From Euglena gracilis (Eukaryota): DNA of 64,000 bases. Location: NCBI GenBank assembly GCA_039621445.1, contig CP154954.1, forward strand, positions 26,486,954-26,550,953. The letters run 5' to 3'. A program made the position numbers and the translations under genes. Under the pieces are notes generated by a model. That model was not told the origin of the DNA and searched no databases. It saw only the letters and a list, made by a program, of their open reading frames with translations. This document shows positions 36,701 to 47,180 of this stretch, one piece after another (position 1 is the first letter of the stretch; every line of letters begins with the position of its first letter).

Positions 36701-39700
36701 CGTTATTTAACTGTCCAAAGAGTGCAAAAGAGCCTAACCTCCCCACTCATGAACCCCCCACTTTTAACCATACATCTCTTTAAGGACCCCGGGGGGGGGG
36801 ATGCTGGGCTAGGGCTAGAAATTTGGGCTGGCTAGCCCGCCCCCCCCCCCCCCGGGGGGGGGGGGGGGCTGGGCCCCGGCTGGACCGAACCGGGGCGAGC
36901 TGGACTGAAATCGGAAAAATGCCCAAAAATGACCTGTAGAACACAGTTTTGAAAAAATGATGCATCTGAAACCCCCCAAAAATGCCCCAAACGCCCCCCA
37001 AACCCCATTTTTGGCCACTTTTGAACACAGTTTTTCAAAAAATTTCGGCGCTTCGCGCCGAAAAATGTTGGGCTGGACCCCCAAAAAAGGGGCTGGCTAG
37101 CTGGGCTAGCAGCACCCCCCCCCCCGGGGGGGGGTGCTGCTGCGGCTGGGCTGGGCCCAAATCGGGGCTGGCTGCAGCCGCCCCCCCCCGGGGGGGGGGG
37201 GGGTTCGCAAAACCTTAGAGAGATGTATGCTTTTAACCCTCCACTTATACCCTCCCTCGGGCCAACCAGCCAAACCTTGACTATAAACCCCCCTGGAGAA
37301 GAAAATGAAAGTTGCCAAGGACAATTTTTTCGGCTGCAAACCACCTAAAAACTGATATTTTGGCAATTTCTTGAGACTGACAAAATCAAAAATGCCATAT
37401 TTGCCGAAAATTGCCAATTTGGGGGGGTCATTTTGGTGGATCGGATTTTCACCAACAATTCCTTGACTTATAACCCCCTCTTCCGCCGACCAACCAAACC
37501 AGATCCTATAACCCGGGGGGTTTGTAGGTGGGGGGGGGGCATTTGTTAATATTTTGTGCTTCGTTTCCTTCCCTTTTACATTCCCATGTGCCTGGGGGCA
37601 ACATCTGCTTTCAGAGCTTTCAGAACTTTTGTGTTCCTTTTGTTGAGAGATAAATTATCAATTCCTTCCAGTCAAATTTTATGAAGGATTCCTGTAAATA
37701 TAGGTAAAAGTATATAAACATGTTGATACATGGATATAGATATAAAGCTACGTGTGATACACATGGCAGATGTACTTCGTGGCCACCCCTCCCGGTTAGA
37801 GGGGTGACCTGAGGTTCTGGCACTGAGCGTGGACGTTCTCTTTCAGTGTCACCTTTGCTGACTTCCCTGCAGTGACCACGCAATGTCCGTGGGTCGTGGT
37901 GCGCTTCTCCCTCCACGATCTGGCGCATGTTCTCTCTCACCCGCATGGCACCACCTCCCTGGAGGTGTCCTACAGGTTGATTCCATGTCCCCGTTGTTCG
38001 CGCCCGACCCTCCACCGTGTGGACGGGGCCCAGGACAGTGGCAGTCGGCTGCAGCTGGCTGCCGGAACATGAGCTGCATTCACACCAGGGGCTTGCGTGC
38101 CGCTTTCGCCCCAAGCGGCTGTGCAAATCAAAAGCTTGACTAGCAATGTGCGCGACACAACCTGGCGCCTGAACGATCTGCTACATCTGGCGTTCGTCCG
38201 GTCGCGCGGCCACAGCCCGGAGGAGATCGAGCAGTTGATCCAGTGCGGGCGGCGGCAGCTAATGCACCTCTGCATTTTGCTGCATAGTCCCCATCCCGGT
38301 GGAGCGGAACATCTCCCATGGCAGGGCGTAGGGGGGGGGGTGCCCTGGTGAAGGTGGAGGTGGACGAGATAGAGCTGGGCTGGCAGGCATCCACCGCCAT
38401 GGCCTGCTGACTGTCCAAGAGGGGCAGGGCACTTGCGCAAACTCTTCAGGGCCATCCTGGATGGCGGGGCGCTTCTGCCAACTTGCACGGTGCCACCACA
38501 TGGCAGGGCACGGCTGTGGGGTGTCCGCGCGCCACGAGGTGCTGTGCAGCCGCCGGTGCACAATCTCCATTAACTGAGTTGAGGGACTGTGGGGCCGCTG
38601 AAAACCTGGCTCCGCACCAAAGACAGCATTCCTGCGGGGGCACCGACCCGACTACGTTGGGGAATGCGAATCACTTGTGAACACCCATGGCGATGATCGC
38701 TTCCTCTTGGGGCTGGAGGCCATCCGCTGGGTCAGCCTGCAGGACTGACCTAACTACCACCACCACACTCACTAGCCGCACACCATACTGTTATCTCTCA
38801 GGGCTGCGAAGGCGACATATCCTGTTCACCAGTCAGCATCCACGGTCAGTGCTATAGGTTCAACCTTAGCAACCCCTGACCGGGGGGGGGGGGTAGCCAA
38901 AAGGTACCTATTGCATACAGGCAGGCAGGCAGGCAGGCAGATACAAGGCAGCCAGGTAGGCAGGTACGATGTAGGTAGGTGGGTGGGTAGGAAGGTGAAC
39001 CCCCCCACCCGAATATAAGAAACCCTCAAATATAAGCAAACCCTGACTGGACGATGTGAAGGAATTCTCATTAAAAACAGAGTAAAATGGCAGAAATCAG
39101 CGAATTCCAAATTTCAGCAACCCCAACATATGAGCCCATTTTCGGAATCCCAAATTCAAACATCCGGTTGCTTATATCTGGGGCCGACCCAAAATTGGCC
39201 AAAGGGTTGCTAATATTGGGGGGTTAGGTAGGTAGGTAGGTCGGTAGGTAGGTAGGTAGATAGATAGGTAGGTAGGTAGGTAGGTAGGTATGTAGGTAGG
39301 TGGGTAGGTAGGTTGGTAGGTAGGTAGGTAGGTAGGTAGGTAGGTAGGTAGGTAGGTAGGTAGGTAGGTAGGTAGGTAGGTAGGTAGGTAGGTAGGTAGG
39401 TAGGTAGGTAGGTAGGTAGGTAGGTAGGTAGGTAGGTAGGTAGGTGGGTGGGTGGGTGGGTAGGTAGGTAGGTAGGTAGGGTGGTAGGTAGGGTGGTAGG
39501 TAGGTAGGTAGGTAGGTAGGTAGGTAGGTAGGTAGGTAGGTAGGTAGGTAGGTAGGTCGGTAGGTAGGTAGGTAGGTAGGTAGGTAGGTAGGTAGGTAGG
39601 TAGGTAGGTAGGTAGGTAGGTAGGTAGGTAGGTAGGTAGGTAGGTAGGTAGGTAGGTAGGTAGGTAGGTAGGTAGGTAGGTAGGTAGGTAGGTAGGTAGG

Positions 39701-42700
39701 TAGGTAGGTAGGTAGTTAGGTAGGTAGGTAGGTAGGTAGGTAGGTAGATAGGTATGTAGGTAGGTAGGTAGGTAGGTAGTCAGGTAGGGTGGTAGGTAGG
39801 TAGCTAGGTAGCTAGGTAGGTAGGTAGGTAGGTAGGTAGGTAGGGAGGTAGGTAGGTAGGTAGGTAGGTAGGTAGGTAGGTAGGTAGGTAGGTAGGTAGG
39901 TAGGTAGGTAGGTAGGTAGGTAGGTAGGTAGGTAGGTAGGTAGGTAGGTAGGTAGGTAGGTAGGTAGGTAGGTAGGTAGGTAGGTAGGTAGGTAGGTAGG
40001 TAGGTAGGTAGGTAGGTAGGTAGGTAAATAGGTAAGTAGGTAGGCAGGTAGGTAGGTGGGTGGGCAGGCAGGCAGGTTGGCAAACAGGCAGGTAGGCAGG
40101 CAGGTAGGTGGGTGGGAAGGGAGGAAGGAAGGAAGGGAGGTAAAAACATAGGTGGGTATGTGGTGTGTTCCTCTGTTGCTTCCTTGCTGTTTTGTTCTTT
40201 TACACAAGGCATATTGCCATGTTCTGGGCTCCAAGGAAGAATGATTCCGACCTTCCTGAAGAATGCCAGCATGAAGATGAGAATTTATGTATGTTGCACC
40301 ATCAACACTTTACCTTCTGTTGAAATGCCCATTCGCTGCAACGTCATCCCATGCAAGGCCCCTTTTTACTGTATGGATTGGCTGCTGATGCTGACGAAGA
40401 ACTGTTCAGATAATTTGCAGCCACAACTGACAAAAAATAAAGTGCAAAAATGAAGTGTAACATGTTTACCGATTGGGATTAGGCAGACCCCTAATTTGCA
40501 ATTGAATATAACCCCCCTCTGGGGAAGCGCCCACAGGCACCGTTCGTGCGGCGCAAGACAAAAAAAATCTGAAAATGCAGCACGTTTTGGCTTTTGAGCT
40601 GGTCTGCGCTGGTGCCCAAAAGAGCAAAAGCAGGGTCAGCAATTCTCTCATCCAAAAAAATAACGAAGAAAACTGGCGGGAACCTTTGCTTGCCCTTGCA
40701 AGAGCAAAAAACAGTCACTCCCAAGTGCGACTGGGTTATCCCATGACTTCTCCAGGTGGCTGTGTTTTATTAGGCTCAACCCCCAAAAAATGCCATCAAG
40801 CAAAGCATTTGCGGAGGGGGGGGGGGGGCAATGCGCTCTGGAGCCGAACGTAGGCCGAATTTTGGGAAAATCCTGACAAAAGCGCACCATAAGAGTCTTC
40901 CGAAACAGGGACCTAATTTGCGACCTAACTCCTGTCCGAAATGCGGCCATTCTCGGCGCGCCAATCCTAATCCTAACCCTATTCCTAAAAATAATTTCCA
41001 ATCCTAACGGAATTAAACAAAATTAGCCCGGCTCCGGCGCGGTTCTGCGGGGCCACAGGACCGAAAAGTCGGAAAGTTAGACCCGGGTGCTGCCATACCC
41101 CTCCCCCACTGGAGAGTCTAAAGCCCCCCCCCAGCAGGGCCTTAAGAATCCTGCTGGCTCAGAAGTTCAGAAGGGTGTTGCTTGGATAATTTTTCAAACT
41201 CAAAATGCCCGCTAATATGCACTCTCTATATACAAAGAAATGCATAATTGGTACTTTGGCTTCCATCGCCACTGATTCACTTTCATTGAGCCACCATTTT
41301 TGGCAAAAAATATGGTACCTTCTGAGAAGTGAATGCCAAAAATCCTGAGTTTCACAAATTTTTTTTCCGCACAATACAAGTGAATTATTTGGGTGTCGTA
41401 AAAGTGGAAGGTTAGCTTTTGGGGGTTGTTGAGAGGGATACAAAAAAATGCCAAATCCCCATCTTCGCAATAACTCGCAGCCTCCAATAATGGCTCACTA
41501 TCCGAACAATGAAATCTTCACCTCTTATGAGGAATGCGTGACGTCAGGGGTATCACCCGAGACATCTGATTGCTGGGAGAATTCTGCCAGTCAAGGTGAG
41601 CAGCGGTCATGGAGGTGGTGGAGGTGATGGAGCTGCTCCGGGTGAACGTCCGGGTCGGGGTCGGGGTGGCCGTGGAGGAGCTCGTGATGCTGGTGGTCGT
41701 GGTGGGGCTGGCGGTGGCGGTGGTCGTGGACGTGATGGTGGCGCTGCGGGTGCGCGTGCCCGTGGAGGTCGCGGTGGTGGTGGGGGTGGCCGTCACCGTG
41801 GACGTGATGGTGGCGGTGCGGGTGCGGGTGGAGGTGCCGGTGGAGGTCGCGGTGGTGGTGGGGGTGGCAGTAGTTGTGGACGTGATGGTGGCGGTGCGGG
41901 TGCGGGTGGAGGTACGTGTAGGAGTCGCCGTGTCCGAGCTTGTTATGCTGGCACTGGGGGTGCTGGTGGTGGTGCTGGTAGGAGTTGTTGTCAGAGGTTT
42001 ATTCTTGAGACCCACAGGAGGGGGAGTTAGCACCCATCTGTCCACCCCCCTGGAGGGGGGGGTTGGGGGGGGGCAGTAGGGTCCAGGGATGTATGATAAA
42101 TCCTGGGGGGGTCCGGACCGCCTCCTAACACAGACTGGGGGGGGGGGGTCAGAAGCCCTCCCACCCAGGGCGTTGCTTAAAGATCCCCCTTGGGGGTCCA
42201 CCTCAAGCTCAGAGGCTGGAAAACTTGGGCTTTCTTTTAGAAGATTTTTCGTTTTTTATTTTTTTCTCGTATGAAAAATAAAAACGTCCAAAAAATGTGC
42301 TTAAAAGTGGGGGGAAAGCAAACTTCTGCAAAAGAAATTTTTTCTCCAATTTTAGACCAAGGAGGGGGATCCGGACACCCCCTCCCAACATCTGGGGGGG
42401 GACTGACGGGCTTCCCATGCATCGCTGGGGTACTCAGTGAGAGGGGGAGGAAGGGGTAGGGCCCAACCGGGAGTCCAAACGTCAAAAAGGCCTCTGGTCG
42501 CCGTATCTGAGGCCGTGAGTGTGGAACTGGGGGTGCTGGTGGAGGTTCGGGTGGGGGTTGCCGTCGTGGTGGGGGTGGCGGTTGACGTGGCACTTATGGT
42601 GGCACTGCGGGTGAACGTGCCGGTTCTGGTGAAGGTGGCCGTCGCGGTGGGGGACGCCGTTGCGGTGGCGGTGGTGGTGGAGCTCGGGGTGAGCGTGCTG

Positions 42701-45512
42701 GTTCGAGTGAGGGTTGCCGTTCTGGTGGGGGTTGCTGTGGAGCTGGGGGTGGCGGTTGCCGTGGAGGTTATGGTGGCGCTGCGGGTGAACGTGCCCGTCC
42801 TTGTGGGGGTGGCCGTGGCCGTGGCGGTGGCCGTTCTGGTTCTGGTGGTGGTGGAACTGAGGGTGGACGTCCTGGTTCGGGTGGAGGTTGCGGTTGCAGT
42901 TGGGGTGGCGGTGGTCGTGGCCGTTAGGGTGGCCGTCCGGCTGCGGGTGGAGGTGCTGGTCGGGGACGCCGTTCTTGGAGGCAGGGCCGGAACCGCACCT
43001 TTCCGCCACTCGGAAAGGAAAAGGCAACACATCCACTCCACTCCGCTTTTGTTTCATTGGGAGTGGGGTTAGAGTCTTCATCGCTTTCTCAATTGCCTTC
43101 ACGGTGACCACCCCAGCGGTGACAAAACCTGTGTATCATCCGCCACCAGCATTCCCATAACCACCACCCCCACAATGAAGAAAAAAAACCACACTTTTTC
43201 AGAAAAAAATGCAAAGCTGATGTTTTGGGTTCTGAGGTCATTTCGGGGAGCCCGACCCGAGTTTCACCAACAGTTCCTGGATTTATCCCCCTCACTGATA
43301 ACCCCCCCCCCTTCAGCTGACTCACCAAACCTAATCCTGCAAACTGAGGGTTGGGAAAGGGGGGGAGGGGGTTACAACAGCAGGGTCCAAAGAAAAGAGC
43401 GACTCCCCTCTGACAGAACGAGCATCCATTACATGAGCACCCCTCTACAATTCAAAATTCAGACAGCCATTCAACAGAGACGGACAATGTATGGTTGCAA
43501 TTGACCTAAAAAGGCAAACTCTAACATATAAAAAAAAACAAAGCAAAATGGCGCATTTTTCTCTCGACGCGTTTTGCTCAAAAAGCTCTGGCTCATGCTG
43601 AATGAAGCAGCAAAAAGAAAGGTACCCAATGTCCAGAACAGGGTCCCCCTGGCTAAAGCATAGATCCACAACAAGAGCATCCGACAAACGGGGAGGGGGG
43701 CAATCTCACACTCAACAGGTGGTGGGCTCAGGGGCATTTCTGCAACCATGCAATTGCTGTTTTTTGAAAGTCATGAGCGTGACATTCGTAGTCACACACA
43801 CGTAGCACATTCGTAAGCACCTTAGCAAGGTTCGTAAGCACCTAAGCAAGGGGACGGGCACCGCTGCACACAGGCAGCCTCCCGGCCCGACCCTGGCCGT
43901 CGGGGTCGCGGAGACAGTCGGCGAGAGGGTGGCCGTCTCCGATGCGGTGTCCGTTTCCGACGGGGTGCTGGTGGTGGTGGTGGTGGGCGTCGGAGTGGGG
44001 GCGGCTGCGACGGGATGGAGGGGCCGGCGGAAAGGAGGGTATTTGCTGACGGCTTCAACTGCCCCCCCGCCGCCTGCCCACTCCCCATCCCGTTCCCCGC
44101 GACCACCGACGCCCACCAGCGCTTTCCGCGTGAGTTCGCACCCCTGTGTGCAACGTTGGGGCTGTGGACGGGAGGCAGTGGCATTAGAAAGTGTTTGGGC
44201 CGCTCGGAGGCGCGCCGCCCAGTCAGCCCAATGCGGTCGCCAGCGACGTTTTGCAGACTTGCGCATTTTGCGTTCCATTTGTTCGAAATATTTCCCGAGA
44301 CACGTTCTCGACAGCAGTACAAACAAAAAGACCAAGTTCTGAGTCAGAATATACGTCGTAAGAATAAATTGCAACCAAATGTGTCCAAAAATACGAACTG
44401 TGTGACAGAACTGTGGATATCTCGTGATTTGAAGACGCGGTGCCCCTCAGGGTCAAAGCAAGCCATTTACTTTTTTGGACGGTGACGTTGACTTTCGCAC
44501 CTCACAATAACCTCCAAATTTGATCAAAATCTGAAATCAGATCTGTTCTCCACTGTGGTGAATGCCCATTCTTTTGTCCCAGCAGAATTGCTCCATGCCA
44601 GGATTGAACATAAGACAAGGTGGCCCAGGGGGCCAATATACGGCCATCAAGGCACAAAAAGTATTTTTTGAGAATTTGGCAATAAATATATAAACCCTTC
44701 AATGAATTTTGTCCTCCATGGTCGGAAGTATGAGGGTCAATGTGTTTTCTATTGCTATTTTGGGTAAGTTTTCTCTCAGATCGAGATGGGCACGAAGCGT
44801 GATGGGCTGTGTCCAAGCTTGTGTAGCCTTTCATCAAGATCTCTAGGTCTCTGGTGGGATTCCTCAAAGGCCCCACAGGGTTCAGCCAGCCAACCAGCCA
44901 ACTGGGGAGGTCGCGTGGCTGGACCCCTCCCCCCAGAGTCCAGTGTGCTCAGCCGCATGCCGGAAAGGACTGGCTGGCAGCAAAGAAAAGCCCAAATTCG
45001 ACTGGTTTGATCTTAAAGCAGCAAAAAAAAACAACCTCAAAACCCTGAAAAAAACCAATGTCAACCATTCTTCTAAATATATTTGTTATTAGTTAAATAT
45101 AATATCTAATATATCTAAATATATTTATTATAAATATAAATTTGTCCAGAGTTTATTTCGGGACCCCGGGGCCAGGGAAGGGGGGCCGCAGCCCCGTTGG
45201 CAGAGGCTGGCCTCCACCCCTTCCGGCGGCGGAAGGAAAATCCCTGACCCAGATCCAACAATTTTGGCTTGGATGCTGGGGGGGGGGGGCTGGTCACTTC
45301 TGTGGTTGCAGATTGACAATCCGATGGTTCAATGCGATTCATACAGATGCAAAGCAGATGGGCTTAGCATACGCGCATCCACGATGAAGCCAGCCACAGG
45401 AACGTGCGCCCCCCCCCGCCCCTCTCACGGCCATCGACGGAAGGGGCACACCTGCTTCGGGGCCTGGCATCAGCCACAGCAGCAGGAGGAGCCACAGACT
45501 CCACCGCGGCAT
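372..45512 (-). CDS. Gene span: predicted secreted Thr/Pro/Ser-rich mucin-like surface glycoprotein, 23 exons in window (5955 nt, 1985 codons), 3' end beyond window start
   Basis: Exons were joined using one GT-AG intron and 21 non-canonical stem-bounded introns. The result is one frame: [33 protein letters not shown]...(TATATPTRT)n...(TPSA/TPTG)n. Every junction continues the peptide repeat. The product name is inferred from composition only. Confidence 0.85.
1202..1357 (-). CDS. Mucin-like gene exon 22 (156 nt)
   Basis: GGGGTCTGTTTCTGcatcc|ACC ... TCA GCC|gccCAGGACGGAGC. Confidence 0.85.
2814..3032 (-). CDS. Mucin-like gene exon 21 (219 nt; upper boundary 3035 if the nearby AG is used)
   Basis: GTTTGCGCCGCCCAagtct|GCC ACC ... 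TCA GCT|gccCAGGACGGAACCCC. Confidence 0.8.
4064..4432 (-). CDS. Mucin-like gene exon 20 (369 nt)
   Basis: CTTCTGccccc|ACC ... CCA TCT|gttTCGGGCGTTGCAAAC. Confidence 0.85.
7093..7464 (-). CDS. Mucin-like gene exon 19 (372 nt)
   Basis: Same junction motifs as exon 16. Confidence 0.85.
9733..10023. mobile_element. MITE, hAT-like (16-bp TIR CAGGCTTCTTTTTAAG, 8-bp TSD GAGCAGGG)
   Basis: Perfect TIRs and TSD. Empty site in the paralogous copies near 6015, 13734 and 17450. Confidence 0.95.
11105..11476 (-). CDS. Mucin-like gene exon 18 (372 nt)
   Basis: Same junction motifs as exon 16. Confidence 0.85.
14820..15191 (-). CDS. Mucin-like gene exon 17 (372 nt, near-identical to exons 16, 18, 19)
   Basis: Same junction motifs as exon 16. 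Confidence 0.85.
17663..18073. mobile_element. TA-flanked MITE (Tc1/mariner-like target), TIR C(n)TATGTCC
   Basis: TA duplicated at 17661-17662 and 18074-18075. The other three repeat copies read TTTTG-TA-ATTTTGGG uninterrupted. Confidence 0.9.
19041..19412 (-). CDS. Mucin-like gene exon 16 (372 nt)
   Basis: CTTCTGccccc|ACC CCA ... TCA GCT|gccCAGGATGGAGC. (TPSA/TPTG)n. Confidence 0.85.
20619..20834 (-). CDS. Mucin-like gene exon 15 (216 nt)
   Basis: GCTCTGCTTCTGccccc|ACC ... TCG GCC|gccCAGAAAGGAGCC. Confidence 0.85.
21146..21554. mobile_element. MITE, hAT-like (TIR CAGGCTTTTGCTCAAGG / CCTTAAGCAGAAGCCTG, TSD GTTGGCAC)
   Basis: Perfect 8-bp TSD. Related partial copies near 52455-52679 and 56365-56710. 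Confidence 0.9.
21789..22007 (-). CDS. Mucin-like gene exon 14 (219 nt)
   Basis: TTTGCAGCACCCAAattcc|GGC ACG ... TCA GCC|ggcCAGGACGGAGC. Confidence 0.85.
24287..24655 (-). CDS. Mucin-like gene exon 13 (369 nt)
   Basis: GCTCCGCCCCTGccccc|ACC ... CCA TCT|gttTCGGGCGCTGCAAA. Confidence 0.85.
25797..25952 (-). CDS. Mucin-like gene exon 12 (156 nt)
   Basis: GGCCCTGCCACTGcagcc|ACC CCG ... TCC GCC|tccCAGGGCAGAGC. Confidence 0.85.
26592..26817 (-). CDS. Mucin-like gene exon 11 (226 nt)
   Basis: GCAACTCTGgccct|G CCC TCC ... TCC GCT|gtcCAGTGCAGAGCC. Confidence 0.85.
28461..28606 (-). CDS. Mucin-like gene exon 10 (146 nt)
   Basis: GCTCAGCCCCTGccccc|ACC ... GAT AC|gtcCAGGGCTGC. Confidence 0.85.
29605..29900. 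mobile_element. MITE, hAT-like (TAGGG...CCCTG termini, TSD GCCGAGAT)
   Basis: Perfect 8-bp direct repeat at 29597-29604 and 29901-29908. Poly-C/poly-G body. Confidence 0.85.
30099..30293 (-). CDS. Mucin-like gene exon 9 (195 nt)
   Basis: CCGTCTAAatcct|GCC ACG ... TCT GCT|gctCAGGGCTGAGC. Confidence 0.85.
30684..30977. mobile_element. MITE, same family as 9733-10023
   Basis: Identical TIRs and near-identical body. TSD AACCTTGT/AACCTTGA (7 of 8 match). Confidence 0.9.
32138..32218 (-). CDS. Mucin-like gene exon 8 (81 nt)
   Basis: GCTTTGCCCCTGcgccc|ACC CCC AGC ... CCT TCT|gttTTAGGCGG. Confidence 0.8.
33416..33549. repeat. (CACT)n microsatellite
   Basis: Direct reading. Confidence 0.95.
33685..33838 (-). 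CDS. Mucin-like gene exon 7 (154 nt)
   Basis: GCCAGgcccc|A GCC TCC ... TCC GCC|gccCAGGGCAATGC. Confidence 0.8.
33887..34144. mobile_element. Older MITE (TAGGCTCCTTTTTAA...TTGAAAAAAATCCTG)
   Basis: Degenerate TIR resembling the 9733 family. Flanks GTTGCTAT/GTTGGAAT (6 of 8 match). Confidence 0.7.
35101..35307 (-). CDS. Mucin-like gene exon 6 (207 nt)
   Basis: GGGCTCCAGctctc|A ACC GGC ... GCC AC|accCTGGC. Confidence 0.8.
35520..35879 (-). CDS. Mucin-like gene exon 5 (360 nt)
   Basis: AAGGTGGGTTGCagaagc|A ACC GCC ... ACC TC|gacaTGGGCCC. Confidence 0.8.
36769..37229. mobile_element. MITE, hAT-like (TIR CATACATCTCTYTAAGG, TSD CTTTTAAC)
   Basis: 17-bp TIR with one mismatch and a perfect 8-bp TSD. 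Confidence 0.9.
37830..38760 (+). pseudogene. Possible decayed non-LTR retrotransposon 3' fragment
   Basis: GC-rich coding-like island with broken frames, a [10 protein letters not shown]...C knuckle-like remnant and a [17 protein letters not shown] end. No RT motif seen. Confidence 0.3.
39225..40110. repeat. (TAGG)n microsatellite, ~0.9 kb
   Basis: Direct reading. It is the source of the LPTY ORFs. Confidence 0.97.
41609..41986 (-). CDS. Mucin-like gene exon 4 (378 nt)
   Basis: CCTCTGacaac|A ACT CCT ... TCC AT|gaccGCTGCTCACCTT. Confidence 0.8.
42500..42976 (-). CDS. Mucin-like gene exon 3 (477 nt)
   Basis: CGGTTCCGGCCCTGcctcc|A AGA ACG ... ACG GC|gacCAGAGG. Thr-rich TATATPTRT repeats. Confidence 0.85.
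43899..44004 (-). CDS. Mucin-like gene exon 2 (106 nt)
   Basis: Acceptor ...catcccgtcgcag|CC GCC CCC ACT. Ends CCG AC|ggcCAGGGTCGGGCCG. Confidence 0.85.
45452..45512 (-). CDS. Mucin-like gene exon 1 (signal peptide [20 protein letters not shown])
   Basis: ACCACCATG start context and a hydrophobic Leu/Trp core. Ends GCA G|GTGTGC (phase-1 GT donor), matching the phase-1 acceptor at 44005. Confidence 0.8.
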
Positions 45513-45540
45513 GGTGGTGGGCTGTGCAGGCAACAGATGG
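45513..45540 (-). promoter_or_regulatory. Candidate spliced-leader trans-splice (or 5' UTR intron) acceptor
   Basis: CCATCTGTTGCCTGCACAG|CCCACCACC-ATG: an AG 9 nt upstream of the start codon. Euglenozoan mRNAs are SL trans-spliced (established); use of this site is inference. Confidence 0.4.
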
Positions 45541-46952
45541 GTCCGCCAGTGTCACCGGGGGGAATCGAAGGGCGTGGCAAAAATGGTGGAGGGGGAGCAC
45601 CGAAGAGCACATTCATTTTGCTGGCTTTGCATTCTGTTCGCCGGGGGAGTAGAGCCCGGCTTGCTTGGCTTGGAAGGGAGGGGTGTATTGGAGGGAGGGG
45701 TGTCGGATTTGTAGTTTGGGAGTTGAGCTCGAAACTAAATCTGTAACTCCATAAAATGCAGTTAGTGACTGGCCGCCCACCACCTCAAGGTGGGTGATTG
45801 GGAGGTGGGTAGTGGTTTGCGGGTTGGGGGGGGGGACTTCATATGCCTGCCCTCATAACGACATAAAGGACATCACCTATGATCTAGATCGAAGTGAATT
45901 TTCGCAGTAAACCCCCCAAATAAATTTTGCAGTGCCCTGAAGCATTGCATACCCGAACAACTTTGCAGGGGGGAAGGCCGAAAAGGTCGGTCCAAATAAC
46001 TTTGCCTCCTTTTCACAAAAAAAAATTAAAAAAATGGTGCATCTTGATGTGCAAAATGATGTGAAAAATGATGCATCTTTTTGGGAAATGAGGAGGTGGT
46101 AAGCACAAAAAAAATCATCGGCCATAATGCTGAAAGAGAAAGCCAAAAGACTTTTTCAGGGCGAAAAGGAAAGCTTTGGAGATACACTGCACCCCTCCAC
46201 CCCCCTGTGTGTATCCCCCCAGTGGCCGAGGGTCCTCATCAGACATGCTGATCCTCCGGCACAGACACACATAGACGTACCATTGTTGCCATTGGCACCA
46301 CACTCATCCAACCCAGAGACAAACCAGGCTGCAAGCTGACAGAAGGACGCCATGGAAGGGATTCTGGCACTGCACCAATTACTGCCGTCGCATTAATATT
46401 GAAGATGGGCTTTGCCCATTTTCTAACCTCACTTTGGACACTTTCTGTGTGCACAGAAAGTGTCAGGATATGTATCAGTCAGGATACATACAATACATCG
46501 TCCTATTATCTGACGAATTGAGGCATTAAATTATGCTAAAATTATAAATAGACAGCTAACGATAACAAATTTGGTGAAACGTGAAACGTGGTCAATGGGT
46601 TCATCAATGGTTTTGGGTACTGCCCAAATAAATTGCAGCAGGGGGTCGGGACAAATGATGGGTCCACTAACTTTTTTGAAAGGGACGAAGTTATTACTGG
46701 GGGGATATCAAAAAGGCAGGAAACACAGGTGTGCAAATTCAATGCAATCCTGGTTGGACTCCATTTGCAGAAAAAAATGGCACCCTTTGGTTTCCATCAA
46801 GTTTCATCAAAATAAATGTTGGCACCGAACCAGGGAGTTGCCTTTGGACAAGTTGGCAAAACCAGAAGGCCAACTGCTTTCAAGGCCAGGAAATGAGTAC
46901 AGAAGGACAGCATGGATGCGGCGGGGTGAACTTGTGCCCCCCCCCAACCCTA

Positions 46953-47178
46953 AACCCCCCCAATAACCTGGCAGGGCCCTTGCTCCTGGTGGGGGCCAAA
47001 TAACTTGATGGGGGGAGGGACAAAAAAAGATGGTTCCAGTAACCTGGCACCCCCTTTTTCAGGTAAAATTCCTTTACGACGCCAAAAAAGGGGCCCGATT
47101 AACCTGGCGAGGGGGGCTGGGCCAAAAGTTGGTTCCAATAACCTGGCACCCCGCCAGGTTATTTGGGGGGGGGGGGGT
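46953..47178. mobile_element. TA-flanked MITE (TIR AAC(n)AATAACCTGG) nested in a CCCTAA tract
   Basis: Inverted termini and internal AACCTGGC repeats. Removing it restores CCCTAACCC. Confidence 0.75.
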
Positions 47179-47180
47179 TA

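Noticed and set aside
39172-40272. 366-aa (LPTY)n ORF
   Set aside because: Translation of the (TAGG)n microsatellite inside intron 4.
298-43072. Plus-strand Val/Gly/Ala-rich ORFs ([17 protein letters not shown]), superficially articulin-like
   Set aside because: They are antisense shadows of Thr/Pro/Ser codons. The asymmetric 3/5-nt intron geometry, the GT-AG first intron and the signal peptide all work only on the minus strand.
44141-44185. Alternative first exon [14 protein letters not shown] with a GTGCG donor, or a 20-nt micro-exon
   Set aside because: Phase-compatible as a first exon, but it has no signal peptide, and the 20-nt micro-exon version would shift the frame. The 45452-45512 exon fits better. 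Not fully excluded.
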